Made by a program: the position numbers and the translations under genes
From: Amphiscolops sp. MND2022
Taxonomy: Eukaryota
Direction of reading: 5' to 3'
DNA: 64,000 nt
NCBI GenBank assembly: GCA_964187785.1
Contig: OZ076410.1
Location: 31,992,001 to 32,056,000, forward strand
Shown: positions 11,161 through 22,366 of the stretch, one piece after another
Layout of the letters: every line of letters starts with the position of its first letter
Position numbering within the stretch: position 1 is the first letter of the stretch
The notes under the pieces: model-generated
The model's input: the letters and a program-made list of their open reading frames with translations, nothing else
Told to the model about the DNA's origin: nothing
The model's database searches: none

Positions 11161-12297
11161 ATGTCAAGAAGCTCAAATCTCTTCACCATCGATGAGGATA
11201 TGCAATCCATCTCCACAAATTCCCCTGGATTAATTAACATATCCAGTGACTCTGGGTAAGAATTTGTAACCGAGCAGTCATACGTCGACCCAATTGACTT
11301 GAGATTCAGAGCTGGAGGACCACTACAGGATCCAATGTTGGCTTTTGTCAACGAGGATGCGGCTAGGCTGTTCGCGGTTAGTGAAACAGCGTCGAGAGAA
11401 GATTCTTTCATCGACGTTACCGGAACTGACATTGAAAGAGAAATACTGAGCACAATAACTGAAAACACTGAACTACCAGACTTTTCGCTTTCATCATTTG
11501 TCGAATCAGACGAGAGCAATGAAGACAATTTACTGTTAAACGCGGACTTTGCAAACGTACCAAGAAATAGTTATGGTAGGCCAGTAGTCACTGTTCCCCC
11601 GATGCGCGCTGGAGAAGTAATAACACAGATGCCTCCACTATCACAAAAAATGCCAACAACCCCTTGAGTGATCTCCATAGAAATGGTCCGATAAGACCAG
11701 TGCCAATAACTCCAATGGTGATACCCCAAGAAATTCCGACCGCTAATCAACCGCATCAAAATAACCGTACTAGAGGGATTCTACAAACGCCCTTAAGGGA
11801 CCAAAACTTTAACCCAAATACTCAACAGCACATGTCTACCTTGACTAGCCGTGGAGCGATCCCTTTCCAACATGCTGGAATAACCAACATACAACATCCC
11901 GGTAACCTAGATAACTCTGGATATTATTACAACTCCGCCGGGCAACTATATTTACCCTCAAGGTGTACACAACAACCCCGGGGAAGCCGAGACTCACCCT
12001 ACCCAAGCATACAGCAGTACGCAGGAACAGCCGATCCACAGAAGGATGCAGCTTAACCCGCCTGTAATGCCTCACGTTCAGGGAAACTGTCACTGGTGTG
12101 GAAAAACCTATGACGAAGTAGCCCTTGACGCCTTAGCAGCTTACACGATTGCCACCGAATACCCAGGTGAAACAGTGCGAGACCGGAACATCAGGTCACG
12201 AGCCTATCTAGATGGGTTCGAGGCTGCACTCATTTGCTTCAAAAATGCTGGCCTGTCACAGCCTAGAGCTTGTGCTGGACCCGCGGAGCAGCGATAG
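11161..12297 (+). pseudogene. Decayed sense cargo ORF (about 375 codons), acidic/Ser-Pro-Gln-rich with a C-terminal CHWC motif
   Basis: ATG at 11161 (MSRSSNLFTIDED), in-frame TAA at 11257, same frame continues to 11667. One-base shifts then link ORFs 11664-12056 and 12046-12297. Confidence 0.55.
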
Positions 12298-12944
12298 AGG
12301 CAAATGACTCGACCATCTAGCATCTTCTTAAATTAAAGCAAACTCTTTCATTCTTTAAACTTGTACTACGTGGATTTGTATGTAACTTTTACTTAACAGC
12401 CTTGTGTAAATTTGTTCATTATTTTAATCAATTGCAGCTGTGGAATAACATTTGTTTAACAATCGGCTTACTAAACATTGCAAGGTGTTAATAAAATTGA
12501 AGTGTGTGATTGACTAGTGTGATTTATGATGAAATGCATAAATTATGCGCGAATTGCGTAGTGCAGTGATATGTAAGGACTAATGTTTGAGCCAGTCTAC
12601 CACACCAAGCTTGAAGTATACTGCAGCATAATTACACTTTTCCAACTTGCTAACTACATCATTTTGGAGTATGACTCATTGGATTGAATGAACCACACGT
12701 GCAGTACTACGTCGGGATTAACATTAGCGTTAAATATGAGTCATACTACATGATGCCGTGACTTTTCATTAACGATGGAACGGAATAATGCAGTTAACAT
12801 ATTAACCAATCAAAATGCAGAAAGCATACGTCATGTAAGAATCTATTTATAACCATGATGCAAGAACCTATTTTTACATTGAACTGAACCCTATTTTTAG
12901 ATATTGCGTAAATATGATGTCAGCGTGACATTCAAAAAATGGGG

Positions 12945-13378
12945 TGTAATGTTACTAAAAATAGTTTGAAAAAGGGAGAGTAAGAACTCATAAAATTAAC
13001 TCAGTCAAGAAAAAACATTCATACTGATCAGACCTCCTTTTTCACCCTTCAACTTCTATTCTAATTTCAATGATTTATTTCTGTACACGAATTTACCAAC
13101 TCCACTTTGTCTTACTGAATCCAACAAACTAATTAAAATTCTTCTCTCCAAAACATCGTTTTCACCTAACTATGATGGGAAACAGAAAGAATAGGAGATC
13201 TAGACGGATTCAATCACCTTCGCTTGAGAGAGAACTGAGTGCATCAGAAATAGAGACATCACAAGGCCATCTAATTTAAACGAACTAAGAACGCCGATGC
13301 AACCTTTGAGCATACAAAACATCGATTTAAATGACTCTGTGGTCATAAATGAGAATCGCACACAAGAGGATTATCACA
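12945..13378 (+). repeat. 3' LTR (434 bp) of the large Gypsy element
   Basis: TGT...ACA termini, preceded by a polypurine tract. It ends exactly where similarity to the duplicated segment at 17057 begins. Confidence 0.75.
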
Positions 13379-13820
13379 CGTGCGAATGACTATTGAAACT
13401 GCGGACAGCGCAAATCATCAATAGTAAACATTCAGAAAGGAGCCGTTTGCAAGATAGCTGTGCAAGAAACGCGACGCTCAAAATAATCAAGTCCTAATGA
13501 AACACAAAAAGCAAAATAGAAATAGATTTTTGAAGCAATTTTTTTTGGTAATCAAAATATAGATGAAACTTCCAGGGTATAGTCCATTTTTACTTCGTTT
13601 GAAGAGTGTTCTTCTACTTCTTCAGACAAATGTTACACACCTGCAACTGAAGTCAAGCTGCTTAAAGTCAAAACAATTCCCTTTATTCAATGACATTTTG
13701 CCAATTACCAGTCCGACTCAGGTATACAGAACGTCTGAGATGCAGTATCATGAAGAAATATAAGTATCCCCCGCAAGAATTATTGTTTAGTCACGTTTTC
13801 AAGGATCTGAGTGTAGATCC

Positions 13821-14032
13821 TGTTGTAATCTCTTTGCTTGACAAGAATTACACAACATAAAACTGTATTTGTCTATCTATCTTTTTGTACTGAACAAAGA
13901 TAAGTTTATTGAGTATAGACAATAGTAGCAGGTACTAAGGACGTGTAGACTATTAAGTATAATAACATCAAACAATGATAAATGTCTGTCTATGATTTGT
14001 CCTCTAATTCTAGCTCTTTAGCTACTACTTCA
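13821..14032 (-). repeat. Solo LTR (212 bp) with 5-bp TSD GATCC
   Basis: Same sequence as the LTRs at 17499-17710 and 19409-19620. GATCC lies at 13816-13820 and 14033-14037. Confidence 0.95.
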
Positions 14033-14179
14033 GATCCTAAACTGGTTTACTGTTTCAAACAGTATTTATATTCGGTCCTGGACTTCATGCTTGATGGCCT
14101 CAAATTCAATATCAAAAAATATCAACAGGCCGGTAAAAACATTAAACTAATAGCAAAACGAATATGGAACTATTCGCGA

Positions 14180-14485
14180 ATCCAAAACAGTTAGTGAGGA
14201 AATCCAGCTTGATTCATTGGCCCTTTGGCAGGAGACCCTGAGAACATTACTTATTGCTCGTAGCTATCGAAAATTTCTCTGAAAATCTAACATTAAAACT
14301 TGTAACATGCACTGGACCGAGAGGTGTAGAAAAGTGTTTGCGAAAGTACATCCGTGACAACAGAATCTCGCCAATAATAGGAGCAGACCAAGCGTCGGCA
14401 TTCATGTGAAAGGAGATAAAAAGGAGATGATTTCGTAATACGGCAAATTGTTTGCTCGATGTACGATCATCAAGGAAGCAGGATA
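14180..14485 (+). pseudogene. Old degenerate Gypsy integrase fragment (second copy about 19770-20073)
   Basis: Frameshifted translation EIQLDS.GPLAGDPENITYLLVAIENFS...GADQASAFM resembles the rve core (compare IALDFADPF...YLLVSIDHFS at 37405-37785). Confidence 0.55.
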
Positions 14486-15241
14486 TTGGACAAACTGCGA
14501 GCACTAATAGCAGGATAGTATACACGAATTACGGAGACGTTTATGTTTCAGTTTAACGAGGAACGAGGGAAGGTAGTTGGTGTAGAATAAATTGTACACA
14601 AGAACCGCTGGTCGCAAGGTTCAAAATGTTTCCGGAATTATCCTCACGACAAAAATGCTCAGAAAGCCATGAATCAAAAGCGCAGTTTGGAAAACGACAT
14701 TCCGAAAAAGCAGATGTCACAGCGAATACAGTTTCAAAATTCAGTCGGAAACGATTTGGCAATCATTTTTAATTAGGTACAGTAAAAAAAGTACAGTAAA
14801 AAAGAGAGACATCAAAGACGACGTTCTGTACAACCTAAGTTCATCGCAGTAGAAAGAGAAAAGTATAGAACCGGTACGCTAGATCAATGAGCGAAAACAT
14901 CAAAAAAGAAAATTTCCAGATGCCGAATTTGGACAACATAATGCGCAAGTGAGCCAAAACAGTCACCATCGAAAGATTCGAAAGCATATGGATCACATCT
15001 GTTGGTTTAAAACACGTGTTTGGGCAAGATATTTCAAACCTTAAGTGTGCAATATATTGTAACTTCACGAAAATTATAGGACAGTTTCAAGAAAAGTATA
15101 GGACAGTTTCAGAAAAGTGCACAGAAGAAAATCTCAACTACAGCAGGATAAGTACAAAATAGCGAGAAACGAAATCAAGTGGCGCGGATCGAGTTATCAG
15201 GAAAAGATGTGAACAGCACAACGATAAAATACAGCCCGAGT

Positions 15242-16375
15242 TGACAAACCAGGGAAATCCATCGGTGGCCACCGAGCTTCCACCACAGTTCCATCGGTGG
15301 CCACTTCGGTGTCCGTAACAGTTTTTGCGGTGGCCACCGATGAGCTATAGGTGGGGACCGGTGGGCCACCGATGGACCGGTGGGCTACGTTGTGCCGTCG
15401 ATGAAAGGTCCACAAAAGTTGGTTACCCTAGTTGAAACTGCGGAAAAATTTCACAAGCACAGGTATACATGCATTGATCATCTTCGAAAACTTTTGGAAG
15501 TCGTAACGAGCAAGATCATTAGTAAATTCCTACAGAACGAAGATCTAAAACTTATGAAAAACACCAGAAGAAGATCTGAAGTCACCGAAAAACCACCGGA
15601 ATAAGATCTAAAATGACTGGAAAAAACACCGGCAGAAGATCTAAAATCCCGGAAAAGAACACAGGAAGAAGATCTTAAATTACCAAAAAACACCGGAATA
15701 AGATCCAAAATCACCGAAAAAACATCGGAATAAAATCTAAAATGACTGGAAAAAAGACCGACAGAAGATCTAAAAGCCCGGAAAAAAACACCGGAATAAG
15801 ATCTAAAGTCACCGAAAAACCACCGGAATAAGATCTAAAATGACTGGAAAAACACAAGAAAAAATCTAAAATCACTGGAAAAAAACACCGGAATAAGATC
15901 TAAAATTATCGAAAACCAGTGGAGTAAGATCGAAGAACCACTGAAATAATATCTAAAATCACCCAAAAACACCGGATTAAGATCTAAAATGACTGGAAAA
16001 ACACCAGAAAAAGATCTAAAATCACCCAAAAAAATCACTAGAGTAAGATCTAAACTCACTAGATAACCAGTGGAAAAGGTTTTTTGGACACGATTTGAAG
16101 CTGCAAACAGGGTTTACAGATACTTCAGAACCTGTCCTTATAATTTTCCCATTTTGTTAGGCTTTGATGCATTAAGGTTGCGAATATCGTCTCATGGTAT
16201 TTCGTGTACCAACATTCAGTTGCTAGAAACGTTGAACGAAATTTTCACTTTCGAAATTTTCGAATTTTCCACCGATGGACCATCGGTGGGAAAGCCTCCA
16301 CGTAAGCTAATTTCCCCCCACTGATGGGCATTGGTAGTCCACCGATGGCCACCCATGGATTTCCCTGGGTTGTCA
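15242..16375. mobile_element. Non-autonomous TIR/foldback element with an internal minisatellite
   Basis: About 30-bp TIR TGACAA(A/C)CCAGGGAAATCCAT(C/G)GGTGGCC and many subterminal CCATCGGTGG/CCACCGATGG motifs. TSD not resolved. Confidence 0.7.
15539..16060 (+). repeat. Degenerate minisatellite of about 31 bp, about 17 units
   Basis: Recurrent AAGATCTAAAAT(G/C)AC(T/C)GGAAAAAACACCGGAAT, with an AGATCT core in most units. Confidence 0.9.
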
Positions 16376-18039
16376 GTACGGGAGGGCATATCAGAAAAGA
16401 TGACAAAAAACTTGAAGGACTTGAGATCCTACTTAGGGGCAGGTAACCAACTAGTTACAGCTAGTTGAAATGTAATCAATAATTAGCAACATGAGCTGAA
16501 CCATTTAGAGGAAAGAAAAAAGAAACTGGGAATGGAAGCATGACGTGACTTTTGACCGGGTAAAAAATATACAGAAACCTAATAAACTTTAACGACACTA
16601 GCTACGAAGAATTGAGCGCACTATCGATACGCTACAAAAAACGGGTTTCAAGATCGAGAGCTACTTTCATGTGCGTCGCGATAGTTGCTCGACCACGAAT
16701 CTGAGTGTTCAACAACTCAACTGCAACCACTTTCCAAAGTTTGGACAGTCGAGCACTTTAGAAGCTACATAAACGGAGTGACGTTTGGAGTGGTCTCTGC
16801 CTACCAAGTACCAAAAACAGCGGTGAAAAGTATCCACGGGACTCGGGAACCAAACCTACTCGAGTCTTCTCACTAGCAAGATCGTCAGAAGTTCACCGTT
16901 TGACATTGATGTTGTTCACCAACATGGGCGAGCAATGGAAAATAGCGACTTTTCATCGAAGCGCTCTAGTGTAAATCACGAAAAAGAGTAGGCTATTACC
17001 CAGTCAGAGACTAAACAAATAGTCAATCAACCAATAAAAAACCAGCAAACTGAGAACGTGCGAATGACTATTGAAACTGCGGACAGCGCAAATCATCAAA
17101 CGTAAACATTCAGAAAGGAGCCGTTTGCAAGATAGCTGTGCAAGAAACGCGACGCTCAAAATAATCAAGTCCTAATGAAACACAAAAAGCAAAATAGAAA
17201 TAGATTTTTGAAGCAATTTTTTTTGGTAATCAAAATATAGATGAAACTTCCAGGGTATAGTCCATTTTTACTTCGGTTGAAGAGTGTTCTTCTACTTCTT
17301 CAGACAAATGTTACACACCTGCAACTGAAGTCAAGCTGTTTGAAGTCAAAACAATTCCCTTTATTCAATGACATTTTGCCAATTACCAGTCCGACTCAGG
17401 TATGCAGAACGTCTGAGATGCAGTATCATGAAGAAATATAATTATCCCCCGCAAGAATTATTGTTTAGTCACGTTTTCAAGGATCTGAGTGTAGATCCTG
17501 TTGTAATCTCTTTGCTTGACAAGAATTACACATCATAAAACTGTATTTGTCTATCTATCTTTTTGTACTGAACAATGATCAGTTTATTGAGTATAGACAA
17601 TAGTAGCAGGTACTAAGGACGTCTAGACAATTATGTATAATAACATCAAACAATGATAAATGTCTGTCTATGATTTGTCCTCTAATTCTAGCTCTTTAGC
17701 TACTACTTCACTCCCCCCTCCGCGATTGGATGATAGTTGACCAATGAGGGAGACTTGTTCTTTATGGCGGTTTTCCGTCCATAGCGTTTTTGGTATGTTC
17801 GCGGTGGTCCGCGTTTCATCAGCTGTCCGGTTGAAATGTTCTGCCTGGACTGGTCCTTCCGTTGTGTCGTTTAGTACTCGACGCTGCTGGTCTTTTCCCG
17901 AGTATCTTCCTCGATTTCTGGTGTCTTCTGGGCGTTTAGTCTGTTTACGGTGTTTCCTGTAATCAGATGTTATGTGATTATTGAATCTAATAATGGGGTT
18001 TGTTTTTGTTTGTCTTTTCGATCTACGCAAGTTGTGTTC

Positions 18040-18590
18040 TTTTATTGCGGTTAATTTGTCTTGTAACGGTCTAATACCGTTTTGGTCAATTCTGTGGCCG
18101 ATCCACTCTATATCGGTTTTGAAAAGCTCGGATTTGTTCTCGCTTAATCTGTAACCCGCGTTTTCTAGTCTTGTTAACACATCGGGTAATTCCTCCATGT
18201 GTTTCTGTTTTGAGCCTTTAGTTACTACTATGATGTCATCCAGCCATGCTGGATGTTTATTTTCCAGTGTTTGGTCAATTTTCTCTTGAAAAATGGTCGG
18301 TATGTCCGCTAACCCGTAAAATCCTTTTAAAAAGCGGTAGTAGCCGGTAAAATTACCTCCGGTCACCGCGAATATACAAAGGTCCATTGCTCGTTTTGAT
18401 AATTGTAATTAACCGTACGCATAGTCTAGATCGAACTTTGAGATCCAGATTTCATCTGCCGGTCCGTCGGCTATTTTTGTGGAGATTCTTGAAATCAATT
18501 CCTCCATATTTGGCAATTGTGTTTTCCTTTTTACCGTTATCTCGTTTAGTTTCCGAGAGTCCAGGGCTATTTTTACCGATTTGTTCTTTG
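18040..18590 (-). pseudogene. pol: Gypsy RT fragment with a WLDD active-site motif
   Basis: KIALDSRKLNEITVKRKTQLPNMEEL, SKFDLDYAYG, YGLADIPTIFQEKID, HPAWLDDIIV (18235-18246), EWIGHRID. Confidence 0.85.
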
Positions 18591-19351
18591 GTGGGTTTGA
18601 ATTTTCTCTTTTCTACGTGTCTGATTTTCTTTTCTTCGTCGGTTTCTGGAGAATCGTTCAGTTTTTCATACATAAACTCGTGTATGGCGTCTGTTATTGC
18701 TTCAACTGACATGTCGCCTTTGCGTATCTTCTTTTTCAGCTCATAGTCTCCAGTTGACGTCCCTATGAGTGATAAGAATTTAGATGCAAGTAATTCTGCG
18801 GCTCTGATGTTTTCGAATTCAGAGTTCTTTTCGATTTCCAGAATTCTTTTCCATACATCTGTTGCCGTTTCTCCGTTTTCTCTCTTCAGGTCGAAGAAAT
18901 CGGATCGGCTGTGTTGTACGTTCCGTTCCGGTGTGTAATGTAACCGGAATAGGGCGCATAGTTTGTGTAGTGGAAGGGAGCTCGGTTCTCTTTCTCTTAC
19001 CGTCTTGGTCATTTCGGTAAGGGCGTTTTGTCAGATTGCCCAAAGGAAGATGTCTTTTAGCTCGGTTTCTAATTGTTCCCGATATTGTGGTAAGAACTCT
19101 TTGGAATTTACCATCGGTGAGATGTCAATCTCTTTCGTCATTTTCACGTATTGGACGAATTTTCGCCACCACAGGTTTGCACTTGTGCTATCATATTTTT
19201 CCAGACTTGGTATGGATAGCTTTTGGGTACAAGTCCGTTCGCCCGTTCTCATTGAAGTTTCATTGAGCGGTGGCCGGGTACTTGAAGATTGGTCCAGTGA
19301 CCGGTTGGGTTGTTCACCATTCGTGGGTGGTGTGATGTGAGATTCGTCCAT
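18590..19351 (-). pseudogene. gag: Gypsy gag with a premature TGA at 19031
   Basis: MDESHITPP...WWRKFVQYVKMTKEIDI...FLWAI*QNALTEMTKTVRE...RNVQHSRSDFFDLKR. ORFs 19031-19432 and 18452-19012 are in the same frame. Confidence 0.75.
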
Positions 19352-20599
19352 TTTCGATAATCGTTTGTAATAGTTCTTGGCTAAGTGTAAGTTAGCCTGA
19401 CTGCGCCATGTTGTAATCTCTTTGCTTGACAAGAATTACACAACATAAAACTGTATTTGTCTATCTATCTTTTTGTACTGAACAAACATCAGTTTATTGA
19501 GTATAGACAATAGTAGCAGGTACTAATGACGTGTAGACAATTAAGTATAATAACATCAAACAATGATAAATGTCTGTCTATGATTTGTCCTCTAATTCTA
19601 GCTCTTTAGCTACTACTTCAGATCCTAAACTGGTTTACTGTTTCAAACAGTATTTATATTCGGTCCGGGACTTCATGCTTGATGGCCGCAAATTCATTAT
19701 CAAAAAATATCAACAGGCCGGTAAAAACATTAAACTAATAGCAAAACGAATATGGAACTATTCGCGAATCCAAAACAGTTAGTGAGGAAATCCAGCTTGA
19801 TTCATGGGCCCTTTGGCAGGAGACCCTGAGAACATTACTTTTAGCTCGTAGCTATTGAAAATTTCTCTGAAAATCTAACATTAAAACTTGTAACATGCAC
19901 TGGACCGAGAGGTGTAGAAAAGTGTTTGCGAAAGTACGTCAGTGACAACAGAATCTCGCCAATAATAGGAGCAGACCAAGCGTCGGCATTCATGTGAAAG
20001 GAGACAAAAAGGAGATGATTTCGTAATACGGCAAATTGTCTGCTCGATATACGATCATCAAGGAAGCAGGATAATGAAGAGGTTATCAAGACCTGTCAAC
20101 GAAAGGCTCAGAGCGAATTGAAATACTAGTCGTGAAAAAAACTACTTGTTTTGTGAGCTAAGTAGAGCGCTAAGTATCAGAAAGGGTGAAGATCGGACAT
20201 CACTGTTTGAGAAACATACGTGTAAGAGACCATTATGACGATAGCACGGTTTTTGTCAGCGACAGACAGAGAAAAATGAACTTGACTGGCATATTCTAGA
20301 AACAAAAAGAAAATCACTGGAGAAACTAGTGGCACCGACAGATTCGTTTCTGCAGCCAAGACCAGTGAGGTGACCATGTCCAAACAAAAAATCAGAGAGA
20401 GCAGCAAAAGCCAAAACGAGCCAAGCCGTATGTCATGAAGGAAATGAAACCGAACAGAAGGATAAGATATTCGCGGAACTGCAAAACTTGCTAGTTAAAC
20501 TTTTTCAAACTCAGTTGTATCTTTTTCATTTATTTATCAATTGCTAAACCTGTAATTTGTGTTCTTCCATATATTGCTGTTCGTATAAAAAATACTCAA

Positions 20600-21243
20600 T
20601 GGTACAATTTTTTTCGGGGGAATGTGATAGAAAGCCAAAAGAACAGGTAGTCTTTTGACTAAGTACCTGCCAGTTGTACAAATTGTTCAACCGATAGAAT
20701 GAAGATCGCCATTACGGTCTTGGTGAAGATTGAATGAATTGAAGTACAGTTGATTTGAAAGCAATTTGACCTTAGTAATGTTTTTGGTTTGACGTTTTCA
20801 CGTTTTCTCGGAAAAGGTGCTATTTTTATTAGATCATGACAATATTTTTTGGCTTATGTTGAGTCCTTCGCAAAAGTTCGTTTATTGCGACCAGATTTAT
20901 AATGTGCCCCGGATTCAAAGTGCTAGGTCAAGTGCTTTCCTCCTGGGAGTCATTGATAGTCACATTGAGTCACAAGTTCCAATCTACTTGGTCAACTTGG
21001 TTTTGAAGATTTGAATGGGTCAACCAGATTGAAACAGATTGAAAATTATCCTACCCATTGGCGGTGCACTTAAAATGGCACCAAATTTTATATTTTGAAT
21101 TTAGCTGAAGTTCTAAAAGATAGCTTTGAATTTTCTTTTTTAATTGGCTTGGGTCAAGGAATGCTCGAACAACCAACACTGAACCAAAAAAATTGAGAAT
21201 TCAATAAAATACTAGGAGTGCGTAAACTTTTGGTACCCAACTG
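20600..21243 (-). mobile_element. Possible decayed Tc1/mariner 5' remnant
   Basis: TA-flanked Tc1-like terminus CAGTTGGGTACCAAAAGTTTACGCAC ending at 21243. No partner TIR found and only a faint transposase-like translation. Confidence 0.3.
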
Positions 21244-21643
21244 TAGAGTAGATCTAGGGTCTGATAGAAAAATTGGAAATCCAGCTTGAACTAAGTCATT
21301 TAATGAAAAAGGTAATGGTAACTAATTGTCTGAAGAGACAAATGGCTTCACGATGACGGTAATTCACGAAGTTCAAAATGCTATCAAAAGTGCCATAAAT
21401 GTGACTGTGATACCTTCAATTCAATGTGCAGTAAGTACGGCACACAATAGTTTTAATGGAACCATGACCGTGGTATATTCAATAAACCGTATGTATAGAG
21501 CTGTAGACTGTCAAGACTGTGGTCTCCTATTCAATTGGAAGAAACAACACAGTGAGGTGTTGAATCATTGTGAAAACCATAAAGTCCCCACAGCATACAA
21601 AAAAATTCATCGACACTTTTCGATATTCTCAACCCATAAGAGC

Positions 21644-22137
21644 AACAAGGTGGGAACGTCTCAAGTCGGCGCTATATCTAAGGCTCAAAAGGCGCAGTTT
21701 TTAAAATATGTCTAGGACGTTTTCGTGAAAAACTCCATTTTTCGAACTTCCGCCTCCTCCTTGATAAAACGCAATATAGTTCGGATATAACGTCAAAAGT
21801 TCGGATATAGCGCTTTACTCCGGATATTACGAGGGGAGACTTCAATAAAATTGAAAGGGGACCTTTTGGAGACAAAAAAATCGAAAAAAAGTCGCACAGT
21901 GCCGAAAAAAATTGAAGGGGGCTTTAGTCTCGTCCGGTTTTGCATGTTACGTTTAAAAAGTGAAAAACGAAAGGGGGACCTTTTTTAATAATTTGGATGC
22001 CGTTATCAGGTAATCGTTTAGTTGAACAAATTGAACAAAAATTTCGTCGCATTCCAGACTGTCTCGGAAAAAAAAACAAAAAAAAACGAGTGACTGTAAT
22101 AGTCGGGCTTTTTTATTTAACGAAAACGCCTACCAAA
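21644..22137 (-). mobile_element. Helentron/HINE-like non-autonomous repeat, reverse copy
   Basis: AACAAGGTGGGAACGTCTCAAGTCGGCGC terminus (21644-21672). The interior is similar to 42170-42350 on the other strand. Confidence 0.5.
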
Positions 22138-22366
22138 AACACATGTTCCCTAAACAATACCTTTCTTCTAAGAATACCGCAGGCTACCAAAAGTTTATGC
22201 CCAGCAATTTCTTTTCGGTGGAAGCGGTGAATATGAGACGCCTCTCTGCAAGATCAGTCTCACAAAACTTTTGAACAGATCAATCAGATACCAACAACCA
22301 ATCATAACTTTGTTGATATTTAATATTCTCAAAGTTTTGAGCTTTTAGAAGTAACAATTCGTTTTT

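Larger units (their letters stand above)
1..13378 (+). mobile_element. Large Ty3/Gypsy LTR retrotransposon, 5' end outside the window, with about 7.3 kb of cargo between pol and the 3' LTR
   Basis: gag (two CCHC knuckles), pol in PR-RT-RH-IN order, no LTR directly after pol, polypurine tract AAAAAATGGGG (12934-12944) followed by TGTAAT...ATCACA. Linking the cargo and this LTR to the same element is inferred because the 5' LTR is not visible. Confidence 0.7.
13379..14485 (+). repeat. Segmental duplication copy A
   Basis: Near-identical to 17057-17710 plus 19621-20073, with scattered substitutions. Confidence 0.95.
17499..19620 (-). mobile_element. Internally deleted Gypsy element (2122 bp) with two 212-bp LTRs, PBS and PPT
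   Basis: 5' LTR 19409-19620, PBS TGGCGCAGTCAGG directly after it, PPT GAGGGGGGAG (17711-17720), 3' LTR 17499-17710, TSD GATCC at 17494-17498 and 19621-19625. Confidence 0.95.
17057..20073 (+). repeat. Segmental duplication copy B (contains a two-LTR Gypsy element)
   Basis: Matches copy A on both sides of the LTR element. Confidence 0.95.

Noticed and set aside
11255-11277. GTAAGA...CAG could splice out the premature TAA in the sense cargo ORF
   Set aside because: The intron would be only about 22 nt and would break the frame. A point nonsense mutation is simpler.
13563-13763. Twice-occurring 66-aa ORF MKLPGYSPF (also 17241) and 70-aa ORF MSVYDLSS (13982, 19570)
   Set aside because: They recur only because of the segmental duplication, and the second straddles an LTR boundary.
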